The notes beneath the pieces are model-generated. The model ran no database searches. It was not told the DNA's origin and saw only the letters and a list, made by a program, of their open reading frames with translations. A program made the position numbers and the translations under genes. Shown in pieces: positions 7,556 to 10,481 of a stretch of 10,481 nt of DNA. The stretch's first letter is position 1. The number at the start of each line of letters is the position of its first letter. Source of the DNA: Pseudothermotoga sp. (GTDB lineage Bacteria; Thermotogota; Thermotogae; Thermotogales; DSM-5069); the NCBI GenBank assembly GCA_041640575.1, contig JBEPZZ010000063.1, positions 1 to 10,481 of the forward strand, written 5' to 3'.

Positions 7556-8214
7556 TAATCAAAAAACGTCAGCTCTTTTTGGATGCTCCATACATAATCA
7601 CAAAGCAGAAGAAACAAGAAATTTCGGACAGTGATAATGAGCAAATCAATGCTGCATTACTTATATCTCAGGCTGAAAAAGAATCTGAAAAAATTATTCT
7701 CGAAGCAAAAAGTCGTGCGGAAAAAATTGTTGAAGATAGTTTCAAGGAATCACAGAGAATCCTAGCTGAGGCCCAAAAGCAAGCTGAAGACATCCAAAGG
7801 AAAGCGGAACGCAAATACCATCAAGTTAACGCTATAATCTCAAAGTTTGAAGAAGCTTTGAATCTGAATCTAGCAAAGATAAGTGAAGATCTAACGGATA
7901 TCGTTGCATTGCTAATTGAGAAAATCGTCTATAGGGAACTAGATAAAACTGATTTTGAAAAGAAGATCAGAGATATCTTGAGAAAAGTTGTTGGAATGAA
8001 GTACGTAAAAGTCACGATGAGTTTGACTGATTTTGAAGAACACAAATTACTTGTACAAGAGTTTGAAAGTTTAGGTGTAGAAGTTAGTAAGTCTTTTGAA
8101 CTTAAACCGGGTGAAGTGATTGTCGATACAGAAATTGGAGTAATAAATGGAACAAAGCAAAAAGCCAAGGAATTAGTTGAACAACTTATAGAGGAGGTCT
8201 TTGGGAGTGACTGA
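7552..8214 (+). CDS. fliH: Flagellar export apparatus protein FliH (FliH/SctL family)
   Basis: Lies between fliG and fliI with a GTGA overlap to fliG; N-terminal charged coiled coil; C-terminal L.PGEVIVDTE.G.I typical of FliH. Confidence 0.85.
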   Translation: MIIKKRQLFLDAPYIITKQKKQEISDSDNEQINAALLISQAEKESEKIILEAKSRAEKIVEDSFKESQRILAEAQKQAEDIQRKAERKYHQVNAIISKFEEALNLNLAKISEDLTDIVALLIEKIVYRELDKTDFEKKIRDILRKVVGMKYVKVTMSLTDFEEHKLLVQEFESLGVEVSKSFELKPGEVIVDTEIGVINGTKQKAKELVEQLIEEVFGSD

Positions 8215-9532
8215 GCTTCAAAAGACATTGCTGCATCTGAAAGACAAGATCTCCCATGAGGATTTTCTAAAGATAGATGGCAGGATAACTCGTGTCATTG
8301 GGCTGACAGTGGAATCTATTGGTCCAGATGCTTTTCTAGGCGAGGTTTGCAAACTTGCCCTCGGTGAAAGAAATCCTTTGTGTGAAGTTGTGGGCTTCAG
8401 GGATGGCCGGGTTTTGCTCATGCCACTGGAGGATATTTCTGGTGCCAAGCACGGAACTTTAGTTTACAAGACTGGTAGAAAGCTTGATGTAGCTGTCTCC
8501 GAGGATATGGTTGGTAGAATCTTCGATGGCCTTGGCAGACCAATAGATGGTAAACCTTTCTTTGGTAGGAAACGCTATCCGCTCATTAACACAGCACCTC
8601 ATCCGTTGTATCGATCAAGAATATCAGAACCACTTTCTGTCGGTGTTAGGGCCATAGATGGGTTCATCACAATTGGTAAAGGGCAAAGGATAGGAATCTT
8701 CGCCGGAAGTGGCGTTGGTAAAAGTACATTGCTCGGTATGATTGCTAGAAACACAACTGCTGAGGTTAATGTAATCGCACTTATAGGAGAGCGAGGAAGG
8801 GAAGTTAGGGAATTCATTGAAAAAGATCTTGGACCCGAAGGCTTGAAGAAGTCGATTTTGGTTGTTTCGACATCAGATCAACCCGCGTTGATGAAAGCAA
8901 AAGCTCTTTTAACAGCTACAAGTATTTCCGAGTTCTTTCGTGATATGGGTTATGATGTTCTTCTGATGGTGGATTCTCTGACAAGATGGGCCATGGCTCA
9001 GAGGGAAATAGGCCTTGCAACTGGTGAACCTCCAACAGCTAGAGGATATCCACCAAGTGTTTTTGCAGGTATACCTGGGATATTGGAAAGAGCTGGCAAC
9101 TCAGACAAAGGGAGTGTCACAGCTATATACACGGTCTTGGTAGAAGCCGATGATTTTAACGAACCAATCTCCGATACTGTAAGAAGTGTTGTTGATGGTC
9201 ACATAATGCTTTCACGAAGACTAGCTGAGATGAACCATTACCCCGCAATTGATGTTCTAGCAAGTGTGAGTCGATTGATGATAGACATAGTGGATGAAAA
9301 GCATTTAGAGGCAAGTAGGAAACTTAGGAGCCTTCTAGCAGTTTACGCAGAAGCAAAGGATCTTATTGATGTGGGCGCCTATAAAACCGGATCCAATCCT
9401 CGTATCGATGAAGCTATAAGAATGATCAACGAGGTCAACGAGTTTTTGAGACAAGGTATCTATGAGAAAGTGACCTATGAAGAAACTTTTGTTCGAATGA
9501 TGGAATTGGTGAACAAAATTACTGCTTTTTGA
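8207..9532 (+). CDS. fliI: Flagellar export ATPase FliI
   Basis: GQRIGIFAGSGVGKSTLL (Walker A), LIGERGREVREF, LLMVDSLTR (Walker B), GEPP..RGYPPSVF, DGHIMLSR and YPAID. SD GGAGG at 8193-8197 favours GTG 8207 over the ORF-track TTG 8201. Confidence 0.97.
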   Translation: MTELQKTLLHLKDKISHEDFLKIDGRITRVIGLTVESIGPDAFLGEVCKLALGERNPLCEVVGFRDGRVLLMPLEDISGAKHGTLVYKTGRKLDVAVSEDMVGRIFDGLGRPIDGKPFFGRKRYPLINTAPHPLYRSRISEPLSVGVRAIDGFITIGKGQRIGIFAGSGVGKSTLLGMIARNTTAEVNVIALIGERGREVREFIEKDLGPEGLKKSILVVSTSDQPALMKAKALLTATSISEFFRDMGYDVLLMVDSLTRWAMAQREIGLATGEPPTARGYPPSVFAGIPGILERAGNSDKGSVTAIYTVLVEADDFNEPISDTVRSVVDGHIMLSRRLAEMNHYPAIDVLASVSRLMIDIVDEKHLEASRKLRSLLAVYAEAKDLIDVGAYKTGSNPRIDEAIRMINEVNEFLRQGIYEKVTYEETFVRMMELVNKITAF

Positions 9533-10091
9533 TGTCAGCTACCTTGGATAACTCAAGATAGAATGTTTTGTCGTACTTTTCTTCTGACATGACTTTAAAG
9601 CCAGTTTCTCTAGCAACTTTCTTCAGATATGAGACGCTTTGCTCGTTTTTCCACTTGACAACATGAACCATTTTGATGATTTCCAGATCAGTGTTCACCA
9701 ATATTGGTACAACAAAAAAACTGTGATGTCCAAATCTTCTTGGTACTTCCACATCCCAGATGTGAAATTTCCCCCATCTTTTGAGAACTTTGTTGACGTT
9801 TTCAAACACTGCCTGATGTTTTTGAAGATAAAAGAATGAGAAAAAGCAAAATACTTCATCAAAGCTATCTGAATCAAACAACAATTTTGTTGGACTCATC
9901 AGAATTCTCAAGGCTTTTGGATCTGAACAATTCAAGAGTTCCTCGTAGGGTGTAATGAAAACCGCACGATCTTTAAGAAATCTTGTAACTATATCATCCC
10001 CACCTGTATGGATAACTAATCCCCTTACATTTTGTCGGTTGTCAATTCTCAGGGGTACAATTTGTTCGTTAATTGTGTAGTAACCACGCAA
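9519..10091 (-). CDS. Class I SAM-dependent methyltransferase-like protein (degenerate motifs)
   Basis: L.F.SDSFD.V.C.FSF and V..VLK.WGKF.IWD resemble the F.D.SFD.V and R.LKPGG motifs of Methyltransf_11-type enzymes. TTG start with SD GAGGTG at 10100-10105. Overlaps the fliI 3' end by 14 bp. Confidence 0.75.
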   Translation of the reverse strand: MRGYYTINEQIVPLRIDNRQNVRGLVIHTGGDDIVTRFLKDRAVFITPYEELLNCSDPKALRILMSPTKLLFDSDSFDEVFCFFSFFYLQKHQAVFENVNKVLKRWGKFHIWDVEVPRRFGHHSFFVVPILVNTDLEIIKMVHVVKWKNEQSVSYLKKVARETGFKVMSEEKYDKTFYLELSKVADIKKQ

Positions 10092-10111
10092 AAATTGCTC
10101 ACCTCGGTAAA

Positions 10112-10140
10112 AGTATACGATATATTTAGAGCTCGGTCGA
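10112..10140 (-). promoter_or_regulatory. Putative sigma70/SigA promoter for the methyltransferase-like gene
   Basis: Minus strand reads TCGACC (10140-10135), 17-bp spacer, TATACT (10117-10112), directly upstream of the SD. Confidence 0.55.
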
Positions 10141-10272
10141 TCTTGCTAAATGGTACTAATTGTACAAAGCTTCAAAATAAAGTGACTAATTTACAGTATT
10201 CGTTGTTCACATAACATTTTCCAAAACTCAAATCTATATAGTTTATGGAATTACAAAAAATTTTGCTTTCGA

Positions 10273-10323
10273 TAGTCAAAACAATCTAGTTTTATGACTG
10301 ATCAAGCTAGCAAGCTTGGTTTT
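10273..10323. other. Two adjacent inverted repeats (hairpins) in non-coding DNA
   Basis: TAGTCA-AAAC/GTTT-TA-TGACTG (10273-10300) is immediately followed by ATCAAGCT-AGCA-AGCTTGGT (10301-10320) and TTT. Confidence 0.4.
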
Positions 10324-10365
10324 ACTTGAGAATTATTTGTATGAATCCTCTTGCAAAAGTGTAAG

Positions 10366-10374
10366 TGGTATATT
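10366..10374 (+). promoter_or_regulatory. Possible extended -10 element (TGnTATATT) for a transcript running off the right end
   Basis: TGGTATATT at 10366-10374. No well-spaced -35: TTGCAA at 10351-10356 is only 12 bp away. Confidence 0.3.
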
Positions 10375-10481
10375 TTTCTAAACTGGCTACAAGATTTTTT
10401 CTATTAGCGTGAAGGATGGCAGATAAAATCCTAGAACGTAAGATTAATGAGATGAAAGTATGCGATAAGATTTAGTTCTTT

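Noticed and set aside
5650..8817. Minus-strand ORFs within fliF, fliG, fliH and fliI (e.g. 5997-6509, 7929-8228)
   Set aside because: Ser/Phe-rich mirror images of Glu/Lys-rich sense codons; no independent support.
9639..10214. + strand ORFs 9639-9839 and 10032-10214, and nested - strand ORF 9695-9877
   Set aside because: They overlap the better-supported methyltransferase-like gene and its promoter; none resembles a coiled-coil FliJ.
10439..10468. Sigma28-like -10 TGCGATAA (10461-10468)
   Set aside because: No TAAA at the required ~15-16 bp spacing; none was found upstream of the fli operon either.
10416..10475. 19-codon ORF MADKILERKINEMKVCDKI downstream of the extended -10
   Set aside because: The purine run GAAGG abuts the ATG with no spacing, and the length is what chance would give; ribosome profiling would be needed.
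10141..10481. CRISPR array, tRNA or c-di-GMP riboswitch in the terminal non-coding region
   Set aside because: No regularly spaced ~30-bp repeats, cloverleaf or GEMM consensus are visible.

Overview
Gene-dense bacterial chromosomal window. The FliF, FliG and PlsX sequences and the rsfS-glmS-plsX-rpmF-DUF177 order resemble Thermotogae (Pseudothermotoga/Thermotoga-like, AT-rich); this assignment comes from recalled similarity, not a search. From left to right: the 3' end of a class II fructose-bisphosphate aldolase (+); a minus-strand housekeeping operon yceD(DUF177)-rpmF-plsX-glmS-rsfS; a ~46-bp divergent gap; a plus-strand operon with a secreted SLT-family lytic transglycosylase followed by fliF-fliG-fliH-fliI; a convergent, motif-degenerate class I SAM-methyltransferase-like gene; and ~390 bp of AT-rich non-coding DNA. 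No mobile element, CRISPR array, tRNA or rRNA was seen. Best leads: (1) the transglycosylase heading the flagellar operon has a C-terminal domain of ~10 amphipathic beta-strands resembling an outer-membrane (toga) beta-barrel; (2) a 14-15 bp terminator-like hairpin lies entirely within the coding ends of the convergent, overlapping fba and rsfS; (3) the methyltransferase appears to have lost its SAM-binding residues.
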